A stretch of DNA of 19,301 bases from an uncultured delta proteobacterium. Its GTDB lineage: Bacteria; Desulfobacterota; Syntrophia; Syntrophales; UBA2192. The notes beneath the pieces were generated by a model. That model saw nothing but the letters and a program-made list of their open reading frames with translations. It was not told the origin of the DNA and made no database searches. The stretch spans positions 1-19,301 of the forward strand of contig CAVPJD010000019.1 of NCBI GenBank assembly GCA_963705165.1. The letters are read 5' to 3'. Position 1 is the first letter of the stretch. Every line of letters starts with the position of its first letter. This document shows, in pieces, positions 8,256 to 17,515 of this stretch. The translations under genes were made by a program, and so were the position numbers.

Positions 8256-8393
8256 ATGGTGGAATGACCCTGTCTAACGGCGTTCAACGCCGAACCCTTG
8301 GCTTCTATATCCAATTTGCGCGCTTTTTACCAGTCTTTTTCAGCCGGGATTTTCAGGCAGGAAATAAACCCGAATGACATAGGGGGTGATGAT

Positions 8394-8421
8394 AAAAAAG
8401 GCACCTCCCTGGCGCCTTTTT
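8394..8421 (-). terminator. Intrinsic terminator after the cytidylate-kinase-like gene
   Basis: Minus strand aaaaaggcgcc-aggga-ggtgcctttttt. Confidence 0.65.
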
Positions 8422-8439
8422 GTTGTCACCTGTTTGCTT

Positions 8440-8470
8440 CCTCGGGCCTCGAACCTCGATCCTCGAACCT
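8440..8470. repeat. Heptamer tandem repeat CCTCGRN x4
   Basis: cctcggg-cctcgaa-cctcgat-cctcgaa-cct abutting the stop codon at 8470. Confidence 0.75.
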
Positions 8471-9273
8471 TATCTCCCATAGCGGAGTTTGTTCCTCGCC
8501 GGCGTCCCCTGGGCCGAGACCGTCACGATCTCGCCGATCGCCTGCAAGTCCGCCATCCGGCGCACGACCCCCTGGAGGATGATGGCGTTGTCTTCGAAAA
8601 ACACCTTTAGCGTCGGGACCTTGATTTTGGGGTTCGTTGCAATGTGGGCCTTGATCCGGGCTGCGAGCATTCGCCCGCGCAGCAGCTCCCATGCCTCCAG
8701 GGTGAGCTTTCCCGCCTTTTCCTGCAGGGCGTTGCAGACGATATCCGTGATCTCCCCGAAGGTCTGGACGGCCGTGTTGAAGACCATGTCGTAGGCGGTC
8801 AGGTCGTACCAGTCCCGGTGGAAGTTTGCCCGGATGAAGGACGCACGGTCGTTGTCCATTTTTTCGATGAGCCGCACGGCGTTTTTCCGGTCCACGCCGT
8901 CCTTGCGCATGACCCGGTCGACCCGCTTTTCGATGGGCGCCGTGAGCCGGACCCTCAGGGCGTGGGGCATCCCCTCGAGAAGGAAATTCGAGCCGCGGCC
9001 CACGAGGACGACGCGGTCATCCATCGCGCGATCGTAGATATAGGAATCCATGAGCGCCATGAGTCCCTGGTATTCCCAGTCAAACCGGTCCCAGATCGTC
9101 GGCCGGTCCTCGTCAACCTCGTTGAGCAGGGCGATCCAGCGATCGTCCTGCCCGCGGAGATCGGCAAGGATCCTTTCCTTGCCCACGTACTCGTATCTCA
9201 GGCGTTCGGCGACGGCGGTCCCGATTTCCTGTCCGCCGCTGCGGAATTCTCTCGATATGGTCAGAATGGCCAT
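8470..9273 (-). CDS. Cytidylate kinase-like family protein with C-terminal BON-like domain
   Basis: ILTISREFRSGGQEIG, VLVGRGSNF, RVRLTAPIEKRV and YDMVFNT motifs. C-terminal ARIKAHI...IILQGVV...NKL resembles a BON domain. Confidence 0.8.
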   Translation of the reverse strand: MAILTISREFRSGGQEIGTAVAERLRYEYVGKERILADLRGQDDRWIALLNEVDEDRPTIWDRFDWEYQGLMALMDSYIYDRAMDDRVVLVGRGSNFLLEGMPHALRVRLTAPIEKRVDRVMRKDGVDRKNAVRLIEKMDNDRASFIRANFHRDWYDLTAYDMVFNTAVQTFGEITDIVCNALQEKAGKLTLEAWELLRGRMLAARIKAHIATNPKIKVPTLKVFFEDNAIILQGVVRRMADLQAIGEIVTVSAQGTPARNKLRYGR

Positions 9274-9340
9274 GGCTGTCAATCTCTGCCCTTTTGGGGT
9301 CGATGTGATTTATACGGCTGGCGCCGCAATGCGTGGGCGG

Positions 9341-10042
9341 TCATTTCCTCGACGAGATCTTCCAGCGGACCCAGAGTTTGCCGATCACGATCACCCCGAC
9401 TGCGGCCAGGGCCTCGATCAGGTACTGAACAATGACGGGCGGGCTGAACAGAGGAACGATGACCGGGTCCGTAATGATCATCTCCGCCCCGACCTTGCCG
9501 AGGATGGCAGCCCCGATATAGATGATGTAAGGGTACTTGTCCATCAGCATGGACAGCAGGCTGCTCGTGAAGACGACGAAGGGGATGCTAAGGCCGAGGC
9601 CGAAGAGGAGCAGGAACAGATTGCCCTTCGAGGCGCCCGCCACGGCCAGCACGTTGTCGACGGACATGGTGATGTCCGCGACCATAATCACCCACATGGC
9701 CTGCCAGAGCGTGTTGGCCTCCCGGTGGACCTCCTCTCCCGGTGCCCCCTCGATGAAGAGCTTCACGGCGATCCAGAGGATGAGAAGTCCCCCGACGAGC
9801 TTCAGGTAGGGGGTCTGCAGGAGCTGGGCCGCGAAGAAGGTGAGGACGACCCGCAGGAGGACCGCGGCGCCGGAGCCGATCAGGATTCCCTTCTGGCGCT
9901 GCTTGCGGGGGAGCGAGCGCACCGCCATGGCGATGATCACGGCATTGTCCCCGGCGAGAATGAGGTCGATCAGGACGATGCTCAGGAGGGCGGCGACGAA
10001 TTCCCAGCTGAAGCTGATATGTCCCAGCAGTTCCGGATTCAC
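9341..10042 (-). CDS. TerC family (YjbE-type) integral membrane protein
   Basis: IDLILAGDNAVIIAMA, ADITMSVDNVLAVAGA and GLGLSIP motifs. GTG start at 10042 with AGGAGA upstream; start position uncertain. Confidence 0.88.
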   Translation of the reverse strand: MNPELLGHISFSWEFVAALLSIVLIDLILAGDNAVIIAMAVRSLPRKQRQKGILIGSGAAVLLRVVLTFFAAQLLQTPYLKLVGGLLILWIAVKLFIEGAPGEEVHREANTLWQAMWVIMVADITMSVDNVLAVAGASKGNLFLLLFGLGLSIPFVVFTSSLLSMLMDKYPYIIYIGAAILGKVGAEMIITDPVIVPLFSPPVIVQYLIEALAAVGVIVIGKLWVRWKISSRK

Positions 10043-10343
10043 GGTGAGGGTAGATCTCCTGTCTCTGCTATCTCTGTGGCACGCCCCGGGAAAGGCCGAA
10101 GGGCGGTTCGCTAAGTCGCGACACTGGCACAAAAGTCTTCTCTTTGTCAACGAAATTATGAGCGGAAATTCCATGTAGATGCCGCTCTGTGAGCGGCGCT
10201 CGGCTGCTTATCGGGTGGATCAGAAGCTGCAGGATCGGTGGGGCGCTTGGCGGCGTGTGGCCTTCGTGCACATTTGGTCCGCTGCGGCGGTTCTCTGTCC
10301 ATGAAAGCACTTGTCCGTTCCTCCCCCGTTCCCAGATTCCAGC

Positions 10344-10371
10344 TTGCAAGATGGGGGGTTGCTGTTATAAT
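10344..10371 (+). promoter_or_regulatory. Sigma70 promoter with extended -10
   Basis: TTGCAA-16 nt-TATAAT with TG at the extended position, 40 nt upstream of ATG 10411. Confidence 0.7.
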
Positions 10372-10410
10372 ACACAGTCTTTATCGCCCGGAGACGGAGA
10401 AAGGGGTTCC

Positions 10411-10620
10411 ATGTCCAGAGACGCAGAGTTCGTCAAGGAAGTGCAGAAGAAGTTCGAACAGAAGCTCAGGGAGCACGAGATCGCCGTGATCGAGCACTGG
10501 AAAGAACGCCTGGACCGGATCTATGCCATGAGGCCCGAGGGGATCGCCCCGCTGCAGCTCGAGATACGGAAGCTCTCCGAGAACATGGCAAACCGGGTCA
10601 GTACCTTGAAGAAGGGATGA
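10411..10620 (+). CDS. Small helical hypothetical protein (69 aa)
   Basis: ATG after GGAGAAAGGGG, downstream of a good promoter, genome-like codon usage, stop 1 nt before the next ATG. Confidence 0.75.
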   Translation: MSRDAEFVKEVQKKFEQKLREHEIAVIEHWKERLDRIYAMRPEGIAPLQLEIRKLSENMANRVSTLKKG

Positions 10621-10621
10621 G

Positions 10622-11197
10622 ATGGAGGAAATCGCAAACTTTCTATTCGAAGTGGGCATGCTGAACAAAACCCCGCGCACGGGGTTTCGGTTTCTCGGTT
10701 CCGGCAAAGAGTCCGTCGCAGAACACATCCTGAGAACCCTTTTCATCGGCTATTCGCTCTGCAAGCTCGATCCCGCCGCAGACGAGCTGAAGGTGCTCCG
10801 GATGTGCCTTGTTCACGACCTTCCCGAGGCAAGGACGGGCGACCAGAATTACATGTACAAGAAGTACGTCACCGTCGACGAGGAGAAGGCCGTCCGGGAG
10901 CTGACGGAACACCTGCCCTTCGGCGGCGAGATCCGGGCCGTCCTCGAGGAGTTCAACGAGAAAAAGACGAGGGAAGCTCTGCTGGCTCACGATGCCGATC
11001 AGCTCGGCCTCATTCTGCAGCTCAAGGAGTACGGGGATCTGGGAAACCAGTACAGCCAGGAATGGCTGAACTTCGCCGTCCGCCGGCTCTGCACGGATCA
11101 GGGAAGAAAGCTGGCCGACACGATCCTCCAGACGGACTGGACACAGTGGTGGTTCCGAGACAAGAGTGACTGGTGGGTCAACGGCAACCGGAAATAG
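10622..11197 (+). CDS. HD-domain phosphohydrolase (HDDC2/YfbR-like putative 5'-deoxynucleotidase)
   Basis: PRTGF, ESVAEH, LVHDLPEARTGD and HDADQL motifs. Confidence 0.88.
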   Translation: MEEIANFLFEVGMLNKTPRTGFRFLGSGKESVAEHILRTLFIGYSLCKLDPAADELKVLRMCLVHDLPEARTGDQNYMYKKYVTVDEEKAVRELTEHLPFGGEIRAVLEEFNEKKTREALLAHDADQLGLILQLKEYGDLGNQYSQEWLNFAVRRLCTDQGRKLADTILQTDWTQWWFRDKSDWWVNGNRK

Positions 11198-11212
11198 GAT
11201 GAGGAAAAAGAA

Positions 11213-11980
11213 ATGAACAGAAACCTTTCATGGAGGATGGGACTTGCCGGGCTTGCGCTGCTGGCAACGGTTTTTGCCGGCTGCACCACGGATGCGGAAC
11301 TCAAGGAAAAGGCCGGTGGGTTCATCCGCATCGGGGAGGCGAACATCCAGGCCGGCCAGTACACGCAGGCACTGAAGGAGCTCATGGAGGCCGAAAAGCT
11401 GACCCCCAATGACCCCAAGGTGCACTACTACATGGGGATCGCCTACGAGCGAAAGGGGTTTGTCGATGATGCCTTCAGGGAGTTCCAGAAGGCCATTGCC
11501 CTGAAGCCCGATTATTCCGAGGCGAACAACTTCCTGGGGACGATTTACCTGTCGCGGGGAAACTACGATGAGGCCATCGTGTCCTTCAACCGGGCGCTGG
11601 TCAACCCTCTTTACGAGACTCCGTCAGTGCCTCTTTATAATAGGGGCAGGGCCTACAAGGCGAAGGGGGACCTGAAGGGGGCCTACGCCAGCTTCAGCGA
11701 GGCCATCCGGAAAGAGCCCAACAGCCATCTGATGTTTGCGCTGGAGCTCAATCTGGGGGCCATCGATTACCAGGAGGGTTCATACCAGGAAGCGGAAAAG
11801 CATCTGACCCGGTCCATTCAACGGGCGTCCAATATTGCCGAGGCGCATTACTGGCTCGGGATGACCCAGATGCAGCTGCGCAAGCGAAAGGAGGCCGCCG
11901 AGTCGTTCAATAAGGTCATCCAGCTGGCCCCCGAATCGGACTGGGCGGTGAAATCCAGGGAGAATCTGAAAAAGCTGTAG
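11213..11980 (+). CDS. TPR-repeat lipoprotein (PilF/PilW/Tgl pilotin-like)
   Basis: Lipobox FAGC, about six TPR repeats, and a PilF-like NFLGTIY...ALVNPLYETP segment. Confidence 0.8.
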   Translation: MNRNLSWRMGLAGLALLATVFAGCTTDAELKEKAGGFIRIGEANIQAGQYTQALKELMEAEKLTPNDPKVHYYMGIAYERKGFVDDAFREFQKAIALKPDYSEANNFLGTIYLSRGNYDEAIVSFNRALVNPLYETPSVPLYNRGRAYKAKGDLKGAYASFSEAIRKEPNSHLMFALELNLGAIDYQEGSYQEAEKHLTRSIQRASNIAEAHYWLGMTQMQLRKRKEAAESFNKVIQLAPESDWAVKSRENLKKL

Positions 11981-12015
11981 CCCCGATGAGAGCGGGCCGG
12001 CGGAGCTGAGAGTAT

Positions 12016-12633
12016 ATGGCGAGCAAGAGACAGCGACGAACCGACGAATTCAAGACGCGGAAAAAAAAGAAAACCTTCAGGTTGTTCTTCATCCTCGGCG
12101 CCGTCCTCATCGGCGGCGGGTTCCTGGCATTTATGTTCTGGGCGCTCTCGGATACCATCTTTCCGCCTGACGCCGAAGAAGCGGCGGCAAAACGGGAGAG
12201 AAAGGAAGTGGTTCTCTACTTCTCCGATGCCAACGAGCGGTTCCTCGTCCCGGAAAAGCGGCTCGTTCCCAAGGGGAAGAACACGGCAGCCCAGGCCGAG
12301 GAAATCGTGAGGGCTCTCATCGAGGGGCCGAAGATGGGGCAGGTACGGACGATCCCGGCAGGGACCAGGCTGCAGGGCATTCGCATCACCGATGGCACGG
12401 CCACTCTGAATTTCGACAACCCCTTCATCGAGCAACACCCCGGCGGGACGGCCAGCGAAGTGGCTACGGTCTACTCGCTGGCGAACACACTCACCCAGAA
12501 TCTCACGGAGATCAAGCGGGTCCGGTTCCAGGTCGGCGGCAAGGACGTCACGACGATCAAGGGGCATGTCGATCTCCGGGAACCCATTTTTCCGAACAAG
12601 GATCTCGTGAAGCAGACGGCATCCGGCGGTTAG
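12016..12633 (+). CDS. Membrane-anchored GerMN domain protein
   Basis: Basic N-terminus plus TM helix, then [27 protein letters not shown] and VRFQVGG motifs. Confidence 0.85.
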   Translation: MASKRQRRTDEFKTRKKKKTFRLFFILGAVLIGGGFLAFMFWALSDTIFPPDAEEAAAKRERKEVVLYFSDANERFLVPEKRLVPKGKNTAAQAEEIVRALIEGPKMGQVRTIPAGTRLQGIRITDGTATLNFDNPFIEQHPGGTASEVATVYSLANTLTQNLTEIKRVRFQVGGKDVTTIKGHVDLREPIFPNKDLVKQTASGG

Positions 12634-12719
12634 GGGGCCTTCCACGACGGGTTGTGAAGGAATGCCCGCCCTGCAGAAGCCGAAACGACGATTATAGCCG
12701 GACAGGACTGGTTTTGCCC

Positions 12720-14750
12720 ATGGCACGAGTGAAGCTGTCAAGAATCCGTAACATCGGCGTTGTCGCCCACATCGACGCGGGCAAGACAACCGTGACGGAG
12801 CGGATTCTCTTCTACACGGGCAAGTCCTACAAGATGGGCGAGGTGCACGACGGCGAAGCCGTCATGGACTGGATGCCCCAGGAGCAGGAACGCGGCATCA
12901 CGATCACCTCCGCCGTGACCACCTGCGACTGGAAAAACCACGAGATCCACATCATCGACACGCCGGGGCACGTGGACTTTACCATCGAGGTGGAGCGCAG
13001 CCTCAGGGTTCTCGATGGGGCCGTGGTCGTTTTTTCGGCCGTGGACGGAGTCGAGCCCCAGTCCGAGACCGTGTGGCACCAGGCCGACAAATACGGGGTC
13101 CCCAAGATCGCCTTCATCAACAAGATGGACCGCATCGGCGCCGACTACTTCGGGGCCATCGGGATGATGCAGGAGCGCTTTGCGTCCAGGCCGCTGCCCG
13201 TCCAGGTCCCCCTCGGCGAGGCGGAGAATTTCAGGGGCATCGTCGATCTCGTCCGCATGCGGCTCATCACCTGGCAGGAAGGCACCCTGGGGGCAGCCTT
13301 CGATGTGTCCGAGGTTCCGGGGGACTTCCGTGACGAGGCGCAGGCCAGGCGGGAAAAGATGCTGGAGACGCTCGCCGAGGTCGACGACGAGATCGCCGAT
13401 AAATACCTGGGCGAGATCCTCATCCCGGAGGCCGAGCTGATCCGGGCGATCCGCAAGGCCACCGTGTCGCTCAAGCTCGTGCCCGTCCTGTGCGGGGCGG
13501 CGCTGCGAAACAAGGGGGTTCAGCCCATCCTGGATGCCGTCATCGACTTCCTCCCGTCGCCGGAGGACGTCCCGCCCGTGAAGGGGCTCAACCCCGTCAC
13601 GAAGATGGAGGAGAGTCGAGCGGCAAACGACAGGGAGCCTTTCTCGGCGCTCGCCTTCAAGGTGGCCATGATGGAGGGCCGCAAGATCATCTACGCCCGC
13701 ATCTACTCGGGGCTCCTGAAAGCAGGCGACGAGGTCTTCAACGCCACGAAAGGGAGAAAAGAAAAAGTGGCCCGGCTGCTGAAGATGCACGCCAATAAGC
13801 GCGAGCGCATCGATGTGGCCGGCGCGGGGGACATCATCGCCATCGCGGGGCTCAAGGAAAGCACCACCGGGGACACGCTCTGTCAGGAGTCAAAGCCCAT
13901 CATCCTGGAGTCCATCGAGTTCTATAATCCCGTCATCGGCCAGGCCATCGAGGCGAAGACCCCTGCCGATCAGGACAAGCTGCCCGAGATGCTCGCCAAG
14001 ATCGCCGAGGAAGACCCCACCCTCAAGGTGAAGTATGACGAGGAGACGGCCCAGACGATCATTTCAGGGATGGGTGAGCTTCATCTCGAGATTGTCGTGG
14101 ACAGGCTCCTGCGCGAGTACAACATCCATGTCAACGTGGGAAAGCCGCGTGTCGTTTACCGCGAGACGATTCAGAAATCGGTCGAGATCGACGGGCGCTT
14201 CGAGCGCGAGCTGGGCGAGAAGAAGCACTTCGGCCATGTGAAGCTCGTCCTGGAGCCCCTGCCGAGGGGCACCGGGATCGAGATCCGAAACGAGCTTGCG
14301 CCCGAGACCATTCCCGCGGAATTCCACCCCGTCATCGAGGAGTCTCTTGGAGAAGCCGTTTTCAGCGGTGTCCTGGCGGGTTATCCCGTGCTGGACGTGA
14401 GAATACGCATTACCGGAGGGTCCTTCAAGGAAGGGGAGGCCTCACCCGTGGGATACAAAATCGCTACGGCAACGGCCTTCAAGGATGGCTGCGCCAAGGC
14501 CGACCCGGTTCTCCTGGAGCCGATCATGCGGGTCGACATCCTCACCCCCAGGGACTTCATGGGGGAAGTCATCGGCGACATCAATGCCCGGAAAGGGGAA
14601 GTGGATTCCGTTGCGCCCAAGGGGCCCGTCACCGAGATCCGGGCACATGTGCCTCTCCGGTCGCTCTTCGGGTATTCGACGGAGCTGCGCTCCGCCACCC
14701 AGGGGAGGGCGATCTTTACCATGCAGTTCCTCCGCTACGACACGGCGTAA
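12720..14750 (+). CDS. fusA: Elongation factor G paralog (stand-alone, divergent domain IV)
   Basis: [50 protein letters not shown] and LLEPIM motifs. Not adjacent to rpsL/rpsG/tuf. Confidence 0.93.
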   Translation: MARVKLSRIRNIGVVAHIDAGKTTVTERILFYTGKSYKMGEVHDGEAVMDWMPQEQERGITITSAVTTCDWKNHEIHIIDTPGHVDFTIEVERSLRVLDGAVVVFSAVDGVEPQSETVWHQADKYGVPKIAFINKMDRIGADYFGAIGMMQERFASRPLPVQVPLGEAENFRGIVDLVRMRLITWQEGTLGAAFDVSEVPGDFRDEAQARREKMLETLAEVDDEIADKYLGEILIPEAELIRAIRKATVSLKLVPVLCGAALRNKGVQPILDAVIDFLPSPEDVPPVKGLNPVTKMEESRAANDREPFSALAFKVAMMEGRKIIYARIYSGLLKAGDEVFNATKGRKEKVARLLKMHANKRERIDVAGAGDIIAIAGLKESTTGDTLCQESKPIILESIEFYNPVIGQAIEAKTPADQDKLPEMLAKIAEEDPTLKVKYDEETAQTIISGMGELHLEIVVDRLLREYNIHVNVGKPRVVYRETIQKSVEIDGRFERELGEKKHFGHVKLVLEPLPRGTGIEIRNELAPETIPAEFHPVIEESLGEAVFSGVLAGYPVLDVRIRITGGSFKEGEASPVGYKIATATAFKDGCAKADPVLLEPIMRVDILTPRDFMGEVIGDINARKGEVDSVAPKGPVTEIRAHVPLRSLFGYSTELRSATQGRAIFTMQFLRYDTA

Positions 14751-14753
14751 TAC

Positions 14754-14784
14754 GGGTACAGGGTCCAGGGTACAGGGTACAGGG
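14754..14784 (+). repeat. Heptamer tandem repeat GGGTACA x4
   Basis: gggtaca-gggtcca-gggtaca-gggtaca-ggg directly after the fusA stop. Reverse-complement units at 14938-14951 and 15097-15123. Confidence 0.8.
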
Positions 14785-14962
14785 AAGAAAAAGAAACAGA
14801 ATCAGCACAGCCCCGGCCGTTTAGGCTCAGGGGCTTTTTCTTTCACCCGAATCCGAGACCCGATCCCCGAGCCTGCAGGATCAAGAGTCTCTTGACCGGG
14901 TGTGTCTCGTTTCTTTTCTATTTCCTTCCTATTTTTCTGGACCCTGAACCCTTTTTTGTGCC

Positions 14963-14977
14963 GTGCAACTTTCGCAC
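14963..14977. promoter_or_regulatory. GTGC-N7-GCAC box upstream of the sigma54 activator gene (possible autoregulatory site)
   Basis: GTGCAACTTTCGCAC; the reverse complement GTGCGAAAGTTGCAC resembles the 6015 and 17343 boxes. Confidence 0.5.
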
Positions 14978-15096
14978 GGAATGTGTTGATAAAGGCGACG
15001 CATCCTGCTATAGACCGCGATACGTTCCCTTCTGGCCGCGCAGGTTCTCTGGGAATTACTGATACGCCGTGTGAGGGCACCATGCGATTGTGTGGA

Positions 15097-15123
15097 GACC
15101 CTGAACCCTTAACCCTGGACCCT
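15097..15123 (-). repeat. Heptamer tandem repeat (RACCCTK x4)
   Basis: gaccctg-aaccctt-aaccctg-gaccct just before ATG 15139. Confidence 0.75.
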
Positions 15124-15138
15124 AATAATGGCAGATTC

Positions 15139-17316
15139 ATGGCGAGAATCATAGAACAGGGTGGGACGATACCCCCCCCTCCCGTCAGGACATCTTCGGC
15201 CTTCAGCATCGACAAGGACAAGCTGATCAAGGGAATCTTCCAGATCAGCACCTTCCTCACGGCCCCCTCGAGCGTTGCTGACATCCTTGGAAAGATTCTC
15301 GATGAAGTCGTGGACTCCATGGGATTCGACCGGGGCATCATTCTCCTCCTCGATGAAAGCCGGGAGAACCTGATCACGCGTGTCGTGAAGAATTACAGCG
15401 ACGAAGAGGCCGAGAAGGCCTACTCGTCGCACCTGAGCCTGAAAAAACATGACAGCTTCGAGACCCGGGTGGCCAAGACCGGCCATTACATCGCCCTCGA
15501 GGATTCGGAGAAGGACCCACGCACGACGGTGACGGATCGAAAGATCTCCGCCTTCTACAAACGCGGTTCCACCTTCTATGCGCCCCTGAAAATCGAAGAC
15601 GACGTCATCGGCATCATCGCCGTCTGGACCAAGGAAAAAACCAGGTTTTCCCCCGACGAGATCGACATCCTGCTCACCTTTGCAAACCAGGTGAGTATCA
15701 TCATCCACATTACGCGTCTCTTCGAGATCAACCGGGAGAAGATCGAGCAGCTGCTCATCCTTCAGGAGGCCGTTTCCGACCTGAATTCGACTTACTCGAT
15801 CGAGCGGATCCACGAGATCCTGATCCGAAGCGCCCTTCGGATCGGGAAGGCCGAAAAGGCTCTCATCTATTTTCTCGACATCGTGAAGAACCGCGTCTTC
15901 ATCAATGACGGGGAGCGGGGGTTCATCGACGACAAGAACGAGTATGCTGTCCGGATTGACCGGACGATTATCCGCAGGGCACTCGACAGCGACGCCATCA
16001 CGGTGCAGAAGCCCGATGAGGAGACCGATGAGGACTCAGAGGAGGACTCAGGTGCCGTTGTGCCCCTCTACGAAGGCTATTCCTCGGAGGTAGCGATTCC
16101 CCTGAAAGTGAAAGACCGCTTCAAGGGGGTTCTTCTGCTGGGAATGCGGACGGGCATCTACTCGCAGGACCAGATCAACGTTCTCGACATTCTCGTCAAT
16201 AATGCCGCCACGTCCTATGACAGCGCCATCATGCACTCCATCCTCTCCATCGAGGCGAAGTCGCTCAAGACGGAGGTGGAGAAGCTCAAGGAGCGCGAAG
16301 ACATCCTGCTCGGGTTTCACAACATCCTGGGCAAATCAAAGAAGATGGTCGGTATTTTCCACGTCATCGAAGAGGTGGCCAAGCACGACACCAATATCCT
16401 CATCCAGGGAGAGAGTGGCACCGGAAAAGAGCTCGTTTCCCGCGCCATTCACCGTCAGAGTCACCGGAGCCAGAAACGCTTTGTCGACGTGAACTGCGCA
16501 GCCATCCCGGGGACCCTCCTGGAAAGCGAACTCTTCGGCTACGAGGCAGGGGCCTTCACCGATGCCCGGAAGCGCAAGCTCGGTCTTCTCGAGTATGCCA
16601 GCGGGGGGACCCTCTTTCTCGACGAGATCGGCGACATGAGCCCTCCGCTGCAGGCGAAGTTTCTTCGGATGCTCGAGGACGGATACATTCGCCGCCTCGG
16701 GGGAAACGAGTCCATCCCTGTAGACGTGCGGTTCATCTTTGCGACGAACCGGGATCTCTCGAAGATGGTGGCTGAAGGTTCATTTCGCGAGGACCTCTTC
16801 TACCGCATCAGTGTCGTGCCGATCATTCTGCCGCCGCTTCGCGAACGCGGCGATGATCTGCTGCTGCTGGCACGCAACTACGTGGAGGAGTTCAACCGGA
16901 AGTTCAACAAGAAGGTCAAGGGAGTTACCAGGGAAGCCGAGGAAATCCTCCGCCGGTACCCCTGGCCCGGGAATGTCCGCGAACTGAAGAACATCATCGA
17001 GCGGATCATGATCCTTCGCGATGTGGGCCGTCACATCACGCCGGAGAACATCCCTGCAGAAATGAAAGTGTCGGCCGCCCAGGATCCCGTCGCTCCCGCC
17101 GAAGAGCTTCTCCCTCTCATATCGGCAACGGACAGGATGGATTACAAACGTGCCGTAGAAAAACTTACCGGAAAGATCAAAGGGCGGATTCTTGAGCGGG
17201 CCCTGGAGTTGAGCGGAGGCAATAAGACAAAAGCTGCGGCTCTGCTCAATATCTCCCGGTACGCACTGATCCGTGAATTGAAAAAGGTTGGAAAAGGCGG
17301 GGATACGGGTACTTAA
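15139..17316 (+). CDS. Sigma54-dependent enhancer-binding protein with two GAF domains, AAA+ domain and Fis-type HTH
   Basis: Walker A GESGTGKE, ESELFGYEAGAFTDA, Walker B LFLDEIG, FREDLFYR, WPGNVREL and HTH GNKTKAAALLNISR. GAF signatures APLKIEDDVIGII and IPLKVKDRFKGVL. Start position uncertain. Confidence 0.92.
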   Translation: MARIIEQGGTIPPPPVRTSSAFSIDKDKLIKGIFQISTFLTAPSSVADILGKILDEVVDSMGFDRGIILLLDESRENLITRVVKNYSDEEAEKAYSSHLSLKKHDSFETRVAKTGHYIALEDSEKDPRTTVTDRKISAFYKRGSTFYAPLKIEDDVIGIIAVWTKEKTRFSPDEIDILLTFANQVSIIIHITRLFEINREKIEQLLILQEAVSDLNSTYSIERIHEILIRSALRIGKAEKALIYFLDIVKNRVFINDGERGFIDDKNEYAVRIDRTIIRRALDSDAITVQKPDEETDEDSEEDSGAVVPLYEGYSSEVAIPLKVKDRFKGVLLLGMRTGIYSQDQINVLDILVNNAATSYDSAIMHSILSIEAKSLKTEVEKLKEREDILLGFHNILGKSKKMVGIFHVIEEVAKHDTNILIQGESGTGKELVSRAIHRQSHRSQKRFVDVNCAAIPGTLLESELFGYEAGAFTDARKRKLGLLEYASGGTLFLDEIGDMSPPLQAKFLRMLEDGYIRRLGGNESIPVDVRFIFATNRDLSKMVAEGSFREDLFYRISVVPIILPPLRERGDDLLLLARNYVEEFNRKFNKKVKGVTREAEEILRRYPWPGNVRELKNIIERIMILRDVGRHITPENIPAEMKVSAAQDPVAPAEELLPLISATDRMDYKRAVEKLTGKIKGRILERALELSGGNKTKAAALLNISRYALIRELKKVGKGGDTGT

Positions 17317-17319
17317 TAG

Positions 17320-17425
17320 GATGTGCCTTATTCGCACGTGACGTGCGAATAAGGCACATCAGGCGAAGCATCGATTTTCCGCACTTGTCACGGCAGGACC
17401 CCCTCAATTTGTGCGATAAGCGCAC
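17320..17425. promoter_or_regulatory. Putative enhancer (UAS) cluster for sigma54 promoter 2
   Basis: Perfect 20-bp inverted repeat at 17320-17360 whose arms are each a GTGC-N7-GCAC box (17323-17337 and 17343-17357). A third box, GTGCGATAAGCGCAC, at 17411-17425. Confidence 0.7.
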
Positions 17426-17489
17426 GTCTGGCTGGCGCAAGGTCAGCCGATAAATTCATAACTATATGCAATAATTAACTTTTATTTTT

Positions 17490-17505
17490 TGGCATCGTTA
17501 TTGCT
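17490..17505 (+). promoter_or_regulatory. Sigma54 (-24/-12) promoter 2
   Basis: TGGCATCGTTATTGCT, 15/16 identical to promoter 1, with an AT-rich tract upstream. Predicted +1 near 17516. Confidence 0.85.
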
Positions 17506-17515
17506 CTATAACAAT

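Noticed and set aside
10045..10200. yybP-ykoY (Mn2+) riboswitch expected upstream of a TerC gene
   Set aside because: I could not find the characteristic GGGGAGUA and GAGACC segments on the minus strand. An Rfam scan would be decisive.
14902..15138. N-terminal extension of the sigma54 activator ORF
   Set aside because: It runs through heptamer repeats and a putative binding box with non-protein-like composition. ATG 15139 is preferred, though its RBS is weak.
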